From: Deltaproteobacteria bacterium
Lineage (GTDB): Bacteria > Myxococcota > Kuafuiibacteriia > Kuafuiibacteriales > Kuafuiibacteriaceae
Reading direction: 5' to 3'
NCBI GenBank assembly: GCA_040218735.1
Contig: JAVJQW010000043.1
Coordinates: 1-64,000 of the forward strand
Length of the DNA: 64,000 bases
Shown: in pieces, positions 28,411-38,664 of the stretch
Numbering within the stretch: the stretch's first letter is position 1
Layout: each line of letters begins with the position of its first letter
Notes under the pieces: model-generated
What the model was told of the DNA's origin: nothing
What the model saw: only the letters and a program-made list of their open reading frames with translations
Database searches by the model: none
Position numbers and translations under genes: made by a program

Positions 28411-30237
28411 GTGCGCCGCAGTAGGTTCCTCGCTCGCTTCGCTCTGATCGCCGCCCTGGTCGCGGTCGCGCCCGTCTCCGCCTCCGCCAAATCGGACGGC
28501 CAGGCGCTCGTGACCGCCGCCAAGAAGGCGGATCAGGAGCTTCGCGCCAACGAGAAGAAGCTCCGGTTCCGGCACAACATCCAGCGCGTGATCGCGAAGT
28601 GGGCCGCCGCCAAGAAGGCTGCGACGGGCGACGCGAAGCGGGCGGCCGCCGAGGGTGAGGCCAGCGCCTGGGCGCTCCTCGCGCACTGGTCGGGCCGCGG
28701 CGACGACGCGAAGAAGGCCGCCGAGCTGAAGGCGGCGCTCGTGGAGCGTCCGAAGCCGGAGGCGCTCGCCGAGAAGAAGAAGTTCTGGCTCGCGAAGGTC
28801 GACGTGGAGCAGTCCGACGAGCGCGTCGCGCTGTCGTTCGATCTCGACGAGGCGCCGAAGATTCGCCGGGGCGTCGTGGATAACGTGAAGGACGGGCTGG
28901 TGCGGGTCTACTTCGACCTCACGCCCGCCGTCGCGTCGAAGGCCGCGATGGAGCAGCTCGCGATCGAAGCGCCCGAGATCCGCAGCGCGCGCGTCGCGCA
29001 GTTCGACGCGGACACGGCGCGCCTGGTCGTCGACGTCGAGGCTGCGCACGCCGATCGGGTCGTGGCCGACGGCGCGCAGGTCGTGTTCGAGCGGCCCGTC
29101 GTCGTCGCGAAGAAGGCGGAAGTGCCCGAGGCCAAGGAGCCCGAGCCCGAGCCCGAGGCGGAAGACGACCCGCGCGCCGAGCTGAAGCGCCTGGAGACCG
29201 CGCTGCGTGAGCTGACGGACGACGAGGACGACGTCCTCGAGCAGATCGTCGCCGACATGCGCGAGACCTACCCGGACGTGGAGCCGGAGACCAAGGTCGC
29301 GAAGAAGTCCGACGAGGTGCCGGCCAAGAAGTCCGACGAGGCGCCGGCGAAGGAGGCCGTCGTCGCGAAGGTCGAGGTGCCCGCCAAGAAGGACGTCACG
29401 CCGCCGCCGACCGACCTCAAACGGTCGACGCGCCTCGCCGCGCGCCCGCGTGCGTCGTCGCTGCTCGCGGTGCGCCGCATCGTGATCGATCCCGGGCACG
29501 GCGGTAAGGACCACGGTGCGATCGGCCCGGGGCGTGTCCGCGAGAAGAACGTGAACCTGGCGGTCTCCAAGCGGCTCGCGAAGTCGCTGAAGAAGCGCCT
29601 CGGCGTCGAGGTCGTGCTCACGCGTTCGACGGACAAGTTCATCTCGCTGAAGCGGCGTTCGCAGATCGCGAACCGCAGCGGCGCGGACCTGTTCATCTCG
29701 ATTCACGCGAACGCCAACCGCAACAAGGGCGTGCACGGCATCGAGACGTACCACCTCAACGTGACGTCGAACCGCTACGCGAAGCGACTCGCGCGGCGCG
29801 AGAACATGTTGGAGCGAGGCGCCGGCGACGTGCCGGAGCCCGAGCCGCAGGAAGAGGAGCCGATCGAGGAGCTGATCCCCGACGGCAAGGCCGGCCAGGA
29901 TCTGCGCCTCATCCTCGCGGACCTCGCGATGCGTTCGGCGACGATCGAGTCGCGCCGCCTCGCGGGTTACGTGCAGAGCTCCCTCGTCGGTCGCCTGCGT
30001 CGCAACCACGACGACGTGCGCGACCTCGGCGTGAAACACGCGCTCTTCTACGTGCTGCTCGGTGCGCGCATGCCGGCGGTGCTGATCGAGACGGGCTTCG
30101 TGTCCTCACCGATGGAGTCGAAGCGGTTGTCGTCGTCGAAGTACCAGTCGCAGGTCGCGGACGCGATCGCCTCGGGCGTCGAGCGCTTCATCCTCGAGCG
30201 CCAGCGCCTCGCGCAGGGCGGCGTCGCCTCACTCTAG
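28411..30237 (+). CDS. N-acetylmuramoyl-L-alanine amidase (Amidase_3 with AMIN-like domain)
   Basis: IVIDPGHGGKD.GA, REK, DLFISIHANA, MPAVLIETGF; RVAQFD..TARLVVD AMIN motif; signal peptide. Confidence 0.92.
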   Translation: MRRSRFLARFALIAALVAVAPVSASAKSDGQALVTAAKKADQELRANEKKLRFRHNIQRVIAKWAAAKKAATGDAKRAAAEGEASAWALLAHWSGRGDDAKKAAELKAALVERPKPEALAEKKKFWLAKVDVEQSDERVALSFDLDEAPKIRRGVVDNVKDGLVRVYFDLTPAVASKAAMEQLAIEAPEIRSARVAQFDADTARLVVDVEAAHADRVVADGAQVVFERPVVVAKKAEVPEAKEPEPEPEAEDDPRAELKRLETALRELTDDEDDVLEQIVADMRETYPDVEPETKVAKKSDEVPAKKSDEAPAKEAVVAKVEVPAKKDVTPPPTDLKRSTRLAARPRASSLLAVRRIVIDPGHGGKDHGAIGPGRVREKNVNLAVSKRLAKSLKKRLGVEVVLTRSTDKFISLKRRSQIANRSGADLFISIHANANRNKGVHGIETYHLNVTSNRYAKRLARRENMLERGAGDVPEPEPQEEEPIEELIPDGKAGQDLRLILADLAMRSATIESRRLAGYVQSSLVGRLRRNHDDVRDLGVKHALFYVLLGARMPAVLIETGFVSSPMESKRLSSSKYQSQVADAIASGVERFILERQRLAQGGVASL

Positions 30238-30244
30238 AAAAACG

Positions 30245-31060
30245 TCAGCCGTTCGAGCCGAGCAGCGAGAAGAGCGCTTCGTCGACGGCGCGGTTCACGG
30301 CCTGGAGCGCGAGGCGCTGTTCAAGCTCTTCGCGTTTCTTGCCGCGGCGCCGTGAGCCCTTGGTGCTCGCCGTCGCGATCGAAGCGTGACGCAGGTTGGC
30401 GCCCGGGAGCTCGATCAACACCACGCGCGCCTCGAAGCCGATCTGCGCCGCGCCGGGTTCGGAGGTGACGCGCGCGACGATCACGTCGATGCGTACGTTC
30501 GCCGACTCCCGCGGCATCATCGCGGGGCGGTGCGGTTCGATGCGATCTTCGATCGCGTTGCGGATGGTGTGTACGAGGTTGGTGTTGGTGCTTGGATCTC
30601 GTGCGAGCTCGACGCGCCCGAGCTCGATCTTCACGCGGCGGCCCTGCTGCGCGATCGATCTTCGTAGCTCGAGGTGTTTGCCGATATGGTTCGCGCTCTT
30701 GCGCGCGGCGACACGCACGGCGCGACTCGAGTCATCGGTCGCGACGCGCTCGAGACGGTTCTTGGTCTTGCGATCGACGTTACCCGCGAGGGCGTGCGCG
30801 CAGACGCCACGGACGAATTCGTTGCCGTCCTCGAGCCCGTCGACGAGCGCGCGCACGGCCGCAGCATTCGAATGGGGATCGCGTTCGAGGAGCGCGCCAA
30901 GACGCTTCGCGGCGAGCGCGCGGATCTTGAACGACGAGTCGTCACGGAGGATACGCGCGAGCCTTTCGGCGCGGTCGTCGGGATCGGTCGCTTCGGCGCG
31001 CGGCGTCGCGAACCCGAGGCTCAGCAGCGCGCCGAGCGTGAAGAAGACCGACCGTCGCAC
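30245..31060 (-). CDS. Exported HEAT-repeat protein
   Basis: Signal peptide; DSSFKIRALAAKRLG, LEDGNEFVRGVCAHAL, DSSRAVRVAA. Confidence 0.78.
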   Translation of the reverse strand: MRRSVFFTLGALLSLGFATPRAEATDPDDRAERLARILRDDSSFKIRALAAKRLGALLERDPHSNAAAVRALVDGLEDGNEFVRGVCAHALAGNVDRKTKNRLERVATDDSSRAVRVAARKSANHIGKHLELRRSIAQQGRRVKIELGRVELARDPSTNTNLVHTIRNAIEDRIEPHRPAMMPRESANVRIDVIVARVTSEPGAAQIGFEARVVLIELPGANLRHASIATASTKGSRRRGKKREELEQRLALQAVNRAVDEALFSLLGSNG

Positions 31061-31255
31061 CGCGAGATCAGTCTACAGACTCCGCGTGATCCAACGCACT
31101 TCGGAGAAGGCCGACATTTCAAACTCAAACGATGTGGGCGCAACGACGACGTGTCCGTTTGGCTCCCGCTTTCGCACCCACGAACTCGTTGCGATGCGAG
31201 CGACAAACGCGACGAATCCGCTGTGCTCCTGTATGCTTCCCCCGGATTCGTCAAG

Positions 31256-31969
31256 ATGTCGCTCGTTTCGCAGGAAGTGGAGTCTGTCCTCAAGATCCAC
31301 GGCATACCCACGACCGCCCACGCGGTCCTCCTCGATTGTGATCGCGCTGTCGATCCGGTCGAGGCCTTGCTCGGCAAGGAGAACGTCACGGTACCGACGA
31401 GTACCGCGGACGCGATCAGCGCCGTTCGATCCCATCGCATCGTCACGGTGATCACCACCGCGCGCGGTGCGTCGGCGTTCGTGCGAGCGTTGAACGCCGA
31501 AAATGTAACCGTCGGCGTGATTGCGCTCGATGATGCCGAGGACGAAATCCCGTCCGCGCAGCTTCGCGCCGGAGGTGTCATGGACGTTGCGGCGGAGGCG
31601 ACGAAGGAGGTGCTCGAACCTCTCCTTCGACGCGGCCTCGACTTCTCGGCGCTCCTCGTCCTCGAGCTCGCGCATCGCTGCGAGTCTCGGCGGCTCCTGA
31701 ATCGAGAGCTCGAGCTCCTCGGTCAGCCGCCCGAGAGCATGAGTGACGACCTCAGTCTGTTCCAGCCGCCGCCGCTCCCCGTCGGTCCGCTGTCCGTCTA
31801 CAACTTGGAAGAAGCGAGTGACGCTTTCGAGACGGCGTACATCGATCGCGTGCAGCAACTCTGCGCCAGCGCGCGCGAGGCTGCCGTGCACCTCGGCGTC
31901 TCTTCCGCGACCCTGTCGCGCCGGATGCGAAAGGAGAGCATGACCGATGGCTCAGAAAACTCCGCGTAG
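31256..31969 (+). CDS. Putative regulator: degenerate receiver-like N-terminus + Fis-type HTH
   Basis: C-terminal LEEASDAFETAYI..SAREAAVHLGVSSATLSRRM. Confidence 0.72.
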   Translation: MSLVSQEVESVLKIHGIPTTAHAVLLDCDRAVDPVEALLGKENVTVPTSTADAISAVRSHRIVTVITTARGASAFVRALNAENVTVGVIALDDAEDEIPSAQLRAGGVMDVAAEATKEVLEPLLRRGLDFSALLVLELAHRCESRRLLNRELELLGQPPESMSDDLSLFQPPPLPVGPLSVYNLEEASDAFETAYIDRVQQLCASAREAAVHLGVSSATLSRRMRKESMTDGSENSA

Positions 31970-32627
31970 GAACTTCCGCATCGCGGTGGTCGACCGCGCA
32001 GGACTTGCCGGCCAACTCGAATCGATCGCGCGCGAGAAGGAGTGGCCGGTCGACGTCCTGAGCTGCAGCTCCGCGCTGGAGATCGTCGGCGACGGCGGCC
32101 CCGGTCCGCTCGGCGGTCTCGTGGTGAGCGTCGCCGCGTCCGGTCCGTTCCTCACCGACCTCATGCGTTGGACGGAGAGCAGCGTCGCCCAGCGCATCCC
32201 GACGCTCCTGATCGGTGCGGGCCGTCCCGAGGACGAAGCCGCGGCGCGCATGGTGCTCGGTCGCGATCACGTGCAGTGGATCGGCGCCGAGCCGACGCCC
32301 GTTCAGCTCGCCGAGTGGTTGGTCGTGGCGCTCGAGGTGCACGAGCTTCGTGTCTTCCGGTCGGAGCACGACAGCATCGCGCAGTCGCTCCGCGAAGCGC
32401 GGATGCAGCTCTTCCACGGGTTCATCTCGACGTACGCGCCGCCGGAGGGACCGCCGTGCGGTCCGCCGCTCCCGACGACGATCGAAGAGATCCTTCGCCT
32501 GCGCGACGCACGCTCGCAGTTCGAGCGCGCGCACATCCAAGCGGCCGTCCGCGAGTGGGGCAGTCTCAAGGACGCGTCGACCGCGCTCGGAATTTCGTAC
32601 ACCAGCCTCTGGCGCCGTCTGCGCTGA
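31947..32627 (+). CDS. Putative regulator with Fis-type HTH, paralog of the upstream gene
   Basis: C-terminal LRDARSQFERAHI..SLKDASTALGISYTSLWRRL. Confidence 0.75.
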   Translation: MAQKTPRRNFRIAVVDRAGLAGQLESIAREKEWPVDVLSCSSALEIVGDGGPGPLGGLVVSVAASGPFLTDLMRWTESSVAQRIPTLLIGAGRPEDEAAARMVLGRDHVQWIGAEPTPVQLAEWLVVALEVHELRVFRSEHDSIAQSLREARMQLFHGFISTYAPPEGPPCGPPLPTTIEEILRLRDARSQFERAHIQAAVREWGSLKDASTALGISYTSLWRRLR

Positions 32628-33197
32628 TCACGCCTGCGGGATCGACCCGCTCACCAACAACCTCGGATCGATCCCCAGCACGGACAGCGCTGCGTCCCAG
32701 CGTCCGTCGTACGGCGTGTCGAAGACGACGCGCTCGTCGAGGTCGACCGGGATCCACGCGCCCTGACGAATCTCTTCGTCGAGCTGCCCCGACCCCCAAC
32801 CCGCGTAGCCGAGCACGAGCATGTGCCGGTCGGCGCGGTCGGTCTTCGCGATTGCTTCGAGCAGCTCGCGCGAGGCGCTCACGCGCAGGTGGCTGCTCAC
32901 CTCGATCGTGTCGTCGTGCGGGACTGTACTTTGGGATGGGTCGAAGACGATCCAACCCGTGTGCGGCGCGACTGGCCCACCGACCAGGACCGGCATGTCC
33001 GGCGCAGGCTGGCTTTCATTTCCGAGCCCGAGCTCTTCGGCGACGCTGTCGAAAGTGATGTCTGCGGGCCGATTCACGATGAATCCGAGCGAGCCCTCGG
33101 CACGGTGGTCGACGAGGAGCACGACCGTCTGCGCGAAGTTCGGGTCGAGCAGGGACGGCGCAGCGACGAGGAAGCCCGGCGCGAGGTCGGAAGCCAT
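32628..33197 (-). CDS. yqgE: YqgE/AlgH family protein (DUF179)
   Basis: FLVAAPSLLDPNFAQTVVLL, GFIVNRP, GGPV, GYAGWGSGQLDEEI. Confidence 0.94.
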   Translation of the reverse strand: MASDLAPGFLVAAPSLLDPNFAQTVVLLVDHRAEGSLGFIVNRPADITFDSVAEELGLGNESQPAPDMPVLVGGPVAPHTGWIVFDPSQSTVPHDDTIEVSSHLRVSASRELLEAIAKTDRADRHMLVLGYAGWGSGQLDEEIRQGAWIPVDLDERVVFDTPYDGRWDAALSVLGIDPRLLVSGSIPQA

Positions 33198-33298
33198 AGC
33201 ATCAATCTGACACAGCGGAAGTGATGAGGGCTACTGACTCGCGTCCCGATGCATGCGGCGTTGCACCGATCGGTTCGGCGTTCCATGATGCGGATCGC

Positions 33299-34810
33299 TT
33301 GGCCGACGAGCTCGAAATCACCTCCCCAGGTGACCCGCAGAAGATCACGGCGGACCTCGTCGCGCCGGTCTTTCCTTGTCTCATCGTCCTCGCGGGCGAC
33401 AGCGCCGGACGCGTCTACGCCGTCGACAAGGGGGCGGTCATTGGACGCGGTCCCGAAGCGACGTTGCGCTTCCCCTACGAGGACGTTTCGCGATCCCACG
33501 CGGCGATCCTCATCGGCGAGGATGGTGAGCTGGAGATCGAGGATCTCCAAAGTCGAAACGGCGTCCGTCTCAACGGTGTACCGGTGCGACGTCAGGCGCT
33601 GCGCTTCGGCGATCGCATCACGATCGGCAACAGTGTCCTGCTGTTGTTCACGCAGCGTGACGGTCTCGAAGAGCAGCTTCTGCGATCACAGCGCCTCGAA
33701 TCGCTCGGTCGCCTCGCGGGCGGGATCGCACACGACTTCAACAACCTCCTGGGGACGGTGCTCACCAACATCTCGTTCCTGAGGGCGCTCGAACCCACGG
33801 CTCAGCTCGGGCAGGAAGACGTCATCGAGACCCTCGTCGACTCGGAGGCGGCGCTGCGGCGCGCGGCGGATCTCACCAGCCAGCTGCTCGGGTTTGCGCG
33901 GCGCGGAAAGTACAACGAGCAGCCGACGGACGTCGCGCAGCTGGTCGAGGACGTCGCGCGGTTGCTGCGTCGGACGTTGGACCGGCCGATGCAGATCATC
34001 CTGGACGTCGAGCCGCACCTCACCGTCCTCGGCGACGCGACCCAGCTCCACCAGGCGTTGATGAACATCTTCATCAACGCGCGGGACTCGATGCCCGACG
34101 GCGGGACGATCAACGTCACCGCGTCGCGGCGCGCGCCGGATCGGTCGACGCTCGTGATGAGTCACGAACACGTCGTCGTCGAGGTCGCGGACGAGGGGAC
34201 GGGGATGGACGACGAGACGGTCCGCCGGGCCTTCGAGCCGTTCTTCACGACCAAGGACGTCGGCAAGGGTACGGGGCTGGGTCTCGCGATGGTGTACGGC
34301 ATCGTCAAGAACCACGGCGGCGACGTGCTCGTGCAGAGCACCGTGGGCGTCGGGACGACGATGCGCATCGTGCTCCCGGCGTCGGACCCGCCGGAGGAGA
34401 TCATCGACGGTCGGCCGACCGCGACGTCGGAGGAGGTCTTCGTCGAGGCGCGGGTGCTGCTCGTCGACGACGAGGATCTGTTTCGTTCCAGTACACGTCG
34501 CCTTTTGGAACACCTCGGCTACGGCGTGGAGGTGGTGTCGAACGGTCCCGCCGCCATCGAGCGGATCCGCGAGGGCGCGGAGGTCGACCTCGTGCTCCTC
34601 GACCTGCAGATGCCGCAGATGAGCGGCGAGGAGACGCTCGAACGTCTGCTGGAGGTCGATCCGTACCTCCCCGTGGTGCTCGTCACGGCCTTCGCGGATG
34701 ACGGGCGCGCGCAGCGGGCGCTGAAGCGCGGCGCGCGGGGTTTGGTGCACAAGCCGTTCGACGTCGAGACGCTCATGCGGGCGATCAAGGCCGCGACCCT
34801 CGGAACCTGA
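33299..34810 (+). CDS. Cytoplasmic hybrid histidine kinase, FHA-HisKA-HATPase-REC (ORF open from 33221; TTG start inferred)
   Basis: FHA GR..SRSH..NG; LAGGIAHDFNNLL; FFTTK..GKGTGLGL; LDLQMP. Confidence 0.92.
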   Translation: MADELEITSPGDPQKITADLVAPVFPCLIVLAGDSAGRVYAVDKGAVIGRGPEATLRFPYEDVSRSHAAILIGEDGELEIEDLQSRNGVRLNGVPVRRQALRFGDRITIGNSVLLLFTQRDGLEEQLLRSQRLESLGRLAGGIAHDFNNLLGTVLTNISFLRALEPTAQLGQEDVIETLVDSEAALRRAADLTSQLLGFARRGKYNEQPTDVAQLVEDVARLLRRTLDRPMQIILDVEPHLTVLGDATQLHQALMNIFINARDSMPDGGTINVTASRRAPDRSTLVMSHEHVVVEVADEGTGMDDETVRRAFEPFFTTKDVGKGTGLGLAMVYGIVKNHGGDVLVQSTVGVGTTMRIVLPASDPPEEIIDGRPTATSEEVFVEARVLLVDDEDLFRSSTRRLLEHLGYGVEVVSNGPAAIERIREGAEVDLVLLDLQMPQMSGEETLERLLEVDPYLPVVLVTAFADDGRAQRALKRGARGLVHKPFDVETLMRAIKAATLGT

Positions 34811-34863
34811 GCGTCGCCTCAAGTTCGCTCAGCGGGGGCCGATCCCACCACCACAGGAGACCC

Positions 34864-35878
34864 GTGGACCAGCGAAAGGACAACTTCGACGTCCTCGTCG
34901 TGGACGACGACGCCGTCACGCGGGCTCAGCTCCGCTTCCTCCTCATCCGCAACGGCTACGAAGTCACGGTGGCTTCGTCCGGTGAAGAAGGATGGGAGAA
35001 GCTGCAGCAGCGCCACTACCCGATCGTCATCACGGACTGGTCGATGCCGGGCATGAACGGCCCGGACCTCTGCAAGCTCGTTCGCGAGAACCTCGACGAC
35101 GAATACCTCTACATGATCCTGCTGACCGGCATGACCGAGAAGCAGCAGGTCGCGGTCGGTCTCGAGGCGGGCGCGGACGACTACATCACGAAGCCGTTCG
35201 ATTCGGGTGAGCTCCTTGCGCGCCTGCGCGTCGGGCGTCGCATCCTCACGCTTCAGCGTTCGATGCGCGAGACGCAAGCCAAGTTGCACGAGATGGCGCA
35301 CCAGGACGGCCTCACGAAGGTGATGAACCGACGCGCGATCGACGAGCAGCTCAACGAAGCCGTCGCGCGACTCGCACGTGCGACGCACCCGTCCACGGTC
35401 GCGTTGCTCGACATCGACTACTTCAAGAAGGTCAACGACACCTACGGCCACCAGGCGGGCGACGCGGTGCTGCAAGAGGTCGCCGGACGCATCAAGTCCA
35501 TCCTCCGCGGCTCCGACAAGATCGGACGCTACGGCGGTGAAGGAGTTCATCGCGGTCCTCGAGGGGGCGCCGGTCCACGACGCTCAGGAGGTCGCCGAGC
35601 GCATCCGCATGGCGGTCCAGGAGCTCCCTGTCGAGCACGGCGGCCAGGAGATCACCGTGACGATCAGCATCGGGCTCTGCGAAGCGCCCGCGGGCTACGT
35701 CGGTCCTGCGGCGCCGATCGTGGAGAAGGCCGACGAGGCGCTCTACGAGGCGAAGCGCGGCGGACGCAACCAGGTGGTGATCGCGGGGGCCCCTCGCGAG
35801 CCTGCGGAGACCGCCGACCCGGTGCACCTCATCACCTCCGCGACGAAGAAGACCGCTACCGCGGATCTCGCGAGCTGA
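34864..35878 (+). pseudogene. REC-GGDEF diguanylate cyclase with a +1 frameshift inside GGEEF (pseudogene or sequencing error)
   Basis: DGLT..NRR, DIDYFKKVNDTYGH..GD, RGSD I-site; GGC GGT GAA G|GAG TTC: removing one G at ~35542 restores GGEEF and joins the 35378-35878 frame (VTISIG, ADEALYEAKRGGRN). Confidence 0.88.
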
Positions 35879-37124
35879 GTCGATCCGCGACGGACTTGGC
35901 GACCTGCGCGCTCGGCGTGAGCGGGTGGTTGAGCGCCGCGAGGTAGACGTCCTGCCACGTGCCGCTGAGCGCGGCCCGCACCGTGAGCTCCTCGTACGCC
36001 TTCACGTGTTGGATCAGGCCCCGGATCTCGGCGGGCAGCGGTGCCTGCGGGAGCGGCGTCGCGCCGTTCGCGCGGACGTTGCAGGGGACCTCGACGCAGG
36101 CGCCCGCGGGGAGCTCGCGCACGGTGTCGCCGTTTTGGGTGTCGACGATCAGTCGCGCCGGTTCGTCGAGCGTGATCGCTCGGATAATCTCGAGCGCGGC
36201 GTGTGAGTAGAACGCGCCGCCTCGTTGGGAGAGGAGCTCCGGGCGTTCGTCGTTCTGCGGGTCTGCGTAGTACGCGAGGAGCTCGTCTTCGATCGCCATG
36301 ACCTGCTGCGCGCGGAGCTGCTCCGCGGCGCGCTGCTCGGCGACGGTGTCCGGGTGCAAGTAGTAGTAGCGGAGGTAGTCGGACGGGATCATCCCGAGCG
36401 CGCGGAGCAGCTCGGGGGGGAAGTCGAGGTCGGGGAGGTTCGCCGGTTTGTGTCCGCTGTCGAGGAGCTTGGCGACGTCTTCGAGGAGGTCGCCGAGGCG
36501 CTCTTCGCCGTTCACGCGGACGCCGCGCACGAACGACAGGTGGTTCAGCCCGACGGAGTCGATCTCGACTTCGGCGGGGGAGACGCCGAGGTGCGCGGCG
36601 ATCTCCATGCGCTGCGACAGCGGGATGTTGCAGAGGCCGATGGTCGTGATGTCGGCGTGTTGGAGCAGCGCCTCGGTGACGATCGAGACGGGATTCGTGA
36701 AGTTGATGAGCGTGGCGTTCGGCGCGACGCGCTGGGTGCGGCGGGCGATGTCGAGGAGCACGGGCACGGTGCGGAGCGCTTTGCTGAACCCACCGACGCC
36801 GGTGGTCTCTTGCCCGATCACGCCGTGGTCGAGGCCGAGGCGCTCGTCTTCGAGGCGCGCGGCTTGGCCGCCGACGCGGATCTGCACGACGACGAAGTCG
36901 GCGCCGTCGACGGCCGCTTCGAGGGTGGTGGTGGTGGTGAGCTGCGTACGTTCGGTCTGGCGCGCGACCATGCGCCGGCAGAAGTCACCGACGACGGCGA
37001 GGCGCGGCTCGTCGATGTCGTAGAGGGTGACGGCGTCGAGCGCGAGCGCTTCGGCGCCCTCGGCGAGTCCGTGGAGCAGCTCGGGGGCGTAGGTCGAGCC
37101 TCCTCCGACGACGGCGATCTTCAT
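35856..37124 (-). CDS. Glycoside hydrolase family 4 (6-phospho-beta-glucosidase-like)
   Basis: KIAVVGGGSTY, QIRVGG, GQETTGVGG, NFTNP, GLCN, GLNH. Confidence 0.93.
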   Translation of the reverse strand: MKIAVVGGGSTYAPELLHGLAEGAEALALDAVTLYDIDEPRLAVVGDFCRRMVARQTERTQLTTTTTLEAAVDGADFVVVQIRVGGQAARLEDERLGLDHGVIGQETTGVGGFSKALRTVPVLLDIARRTQRVAPNATLINFTNPVSIVTEALLQHADITTIGLCNIPLSQRMEIAAHLGVSPAEVEIDSVGLNHLSFVRGVRVNGEERLGDLLEDVAKLLDSGHKPANLPDLDFPPELLRALGMIPSDYLRYYYLHPDTVAEQRAAEQLRAQQVMAIEDELLAYYADPQNDERPELLSQRGGAFYSHAALEIIRAITLDEPARLIVDTQNGDTVRELPAGACVEVPCNVRANGATPLPQAPLPAEIRGLIQHVKAYEELTVRAALSGTWQDVYLAALNHPLTPSAQVAKSVADRLSSRDPR

Positions 37125-37198
37125 GGCGTCACCGCATAACAGGGGGGTGGGGCGACAGGCCATGGACTTGCCGGGCGATTGAAGCGAAGAACGGGGCC

Positions 37199-38518
37199 GT
37201 GGGGTCGCTCTCGACGGGCGCCGTGTTGCGGTACGCGGTCGGTGGGGTAGGGCAGAGCGTCCTGCCGCTGCTGGTCGGGACGTGGCTCATCGCGTTCTAC
37301 ACGGAGCAAGAGCATGCGTACCTGCTGTCGGCCGGGGTGCTCGGCACGGTGGTGATGGTCGAGCGCATCTTCGGGGCGATCCTGGAGCCGCTGATCGGGT
37401 ACGCGAGTGATCGTACGGCGTCGCGGTTCGGGCGGCGCCGGCCGTGGATCGCGGTGGGGCTGCCGGTGTTGGTGGTCGCGTATTTCATGTTGTGGTCGCC
37501 GCCCGCGGCGGACGGTCTGAACGCGACGTCGACGATCGTGTGGGTCGCGGCGTGTTTCCTCTTCTACAACGCGGCCTACACGGCGGTGTTCGCGCCGTAC
37601 AACGCGTTGCTGCCGGAGCTGCACCGCGCGACGAAGGAGCGGCTGCGGCTGTCTTCGTGGATGGGGATCTTCGAGGTCCTCGGTCAGATCGCGGTGTCGG
37701 TCGGGGGGGCGGCGCTGATCGGCTTGGGGGCGGTCGCGTGGTGGGGGCTGTCGTTCTCTTCCGGCTTCGCGGTGCTGGCGGCGGTCGCGGTGGCGGTGAC
37801 GTTGGTGACGATGTTGCCGGTGGTGCTGTTCACGCGCGAGGTCTCCGCGGAGCCGGCGGCGGCGGAGCTGGGGCTGGTAGCGGCGCTGACGGCGTCCTTC
37901 GCGAACCGGCACTTCGTTCGCTACGCGGTGGGGCTGTTGGGTTTTCGGATCGCGACGAACCTGGTCCTCGCGGGCATCCCGTTCGTGGGGGTGAAGCTGA
38001 TGGGTTTGACGTCGGCCGAGACGAGCTACGTGCCCGCGGTGATCATCGTGGTGGCCGTGTTGGCGTTCCCGGTGGTGCAGCGGCTGGCGAACCGGCACGG
38101 CAAGGCGCGGGTGTTCCGGTGGGGTGGCGTCGGGTTCGTGGGGTTGCTGCCGCTGATGGGTCTGGTGGACCGGCTGGTGCTACCGCCGCTCGCGGTGGGC
38201 GGGGTGTTGTTCGCGTTGAGTGGGTTCTCGGTGGCGACGCTGCTGGTGCTGCCCCGCGCGTTGCTCGCGGACATCGTCGACCACGACGAGACGCGTACGG
38301 GCCTGCGCCGCGAGGCGATCTACACGGGGATGTCGGGCATCTTCGAGAAGCTGGGCATGGCGCTCTCCGCGGGCATCGCGGGGCTGATGCTGGAGCTGTT
38401 CGGCCAGACGTCGGGGAACCTGCTCGGCGTCCGCCTCCTGGGCGTGGCGGGCAGCGTGGTGCTGGCGTTGTCCCTCGCCGTGTTCCGCCGCTACGATCTG
38501 GCGCCCTCCGAGGCCTGA
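37199..38518 (+). CDS. MFS transporter, glycoside-pentoside-hexuronide (MelB-like) family
   Basis: SDRTASRFGRRRPWI, PYNALLPEL, LLADIVDHDE..TG.RREAIY; 12 TM. Confidence 0.9.
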   Translation: MGSLSTGAVLRYAVGGVGQSVLPLLVGTWLIAFYTEQEHAYLLSAGVLGTVVMVERIFGAILEPLIGYASDRTASRFGRRRPWIAVGLPVLVVAYFMLWSPPAADGLNATSTIVWVAACFLFYNAAYTAVFAPYNALLPELHRATKERLRLSSWMGIFEVLGQIAVSVGGAALIGLGAVAWWGLSFSSGFAVLAAVAVAVTLVTMLPVVLFTREVSAEPAAAELGLVAALTASFANRHFVRYAVGLLGFRIATNLVLAGIPFVGVKLMGLTSAETSYVPAVIIVVAVLAFPVVQRLANRHGKARVFRWGGVGFVGLLPLMGLVDRLVLPPLAVGGVLFALSGFSVATLLVLPRALLADIVDHDETRTGLRREAIYTGMSGIFEKLGMALSAGIAGLMLELFGQTSGNLLGVRLLGVAGSVVLALSLAVFRRYDLAPSEA

Positions 38519-38664
38519 ATCGCGCATTTTGCGGCGATCCGGGGTCTCACGTATTCTCCGGGTGGCGGGGCGCCGATGGGGGGAGAAATCGCACGCGCGG
38601 TGTCAGGAGGCGGGGGAGGGCGACGTAGTCCCATCGGGGACTGGTGCATCTTCTCCCGACCACG

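Noticed and set aside
35530-35550. Programmed ribosomal frameshift in the diguanylate cyclase
   Set aside because: No slippery heptamer or homopolymer run; a simple indel is more parsimonious.
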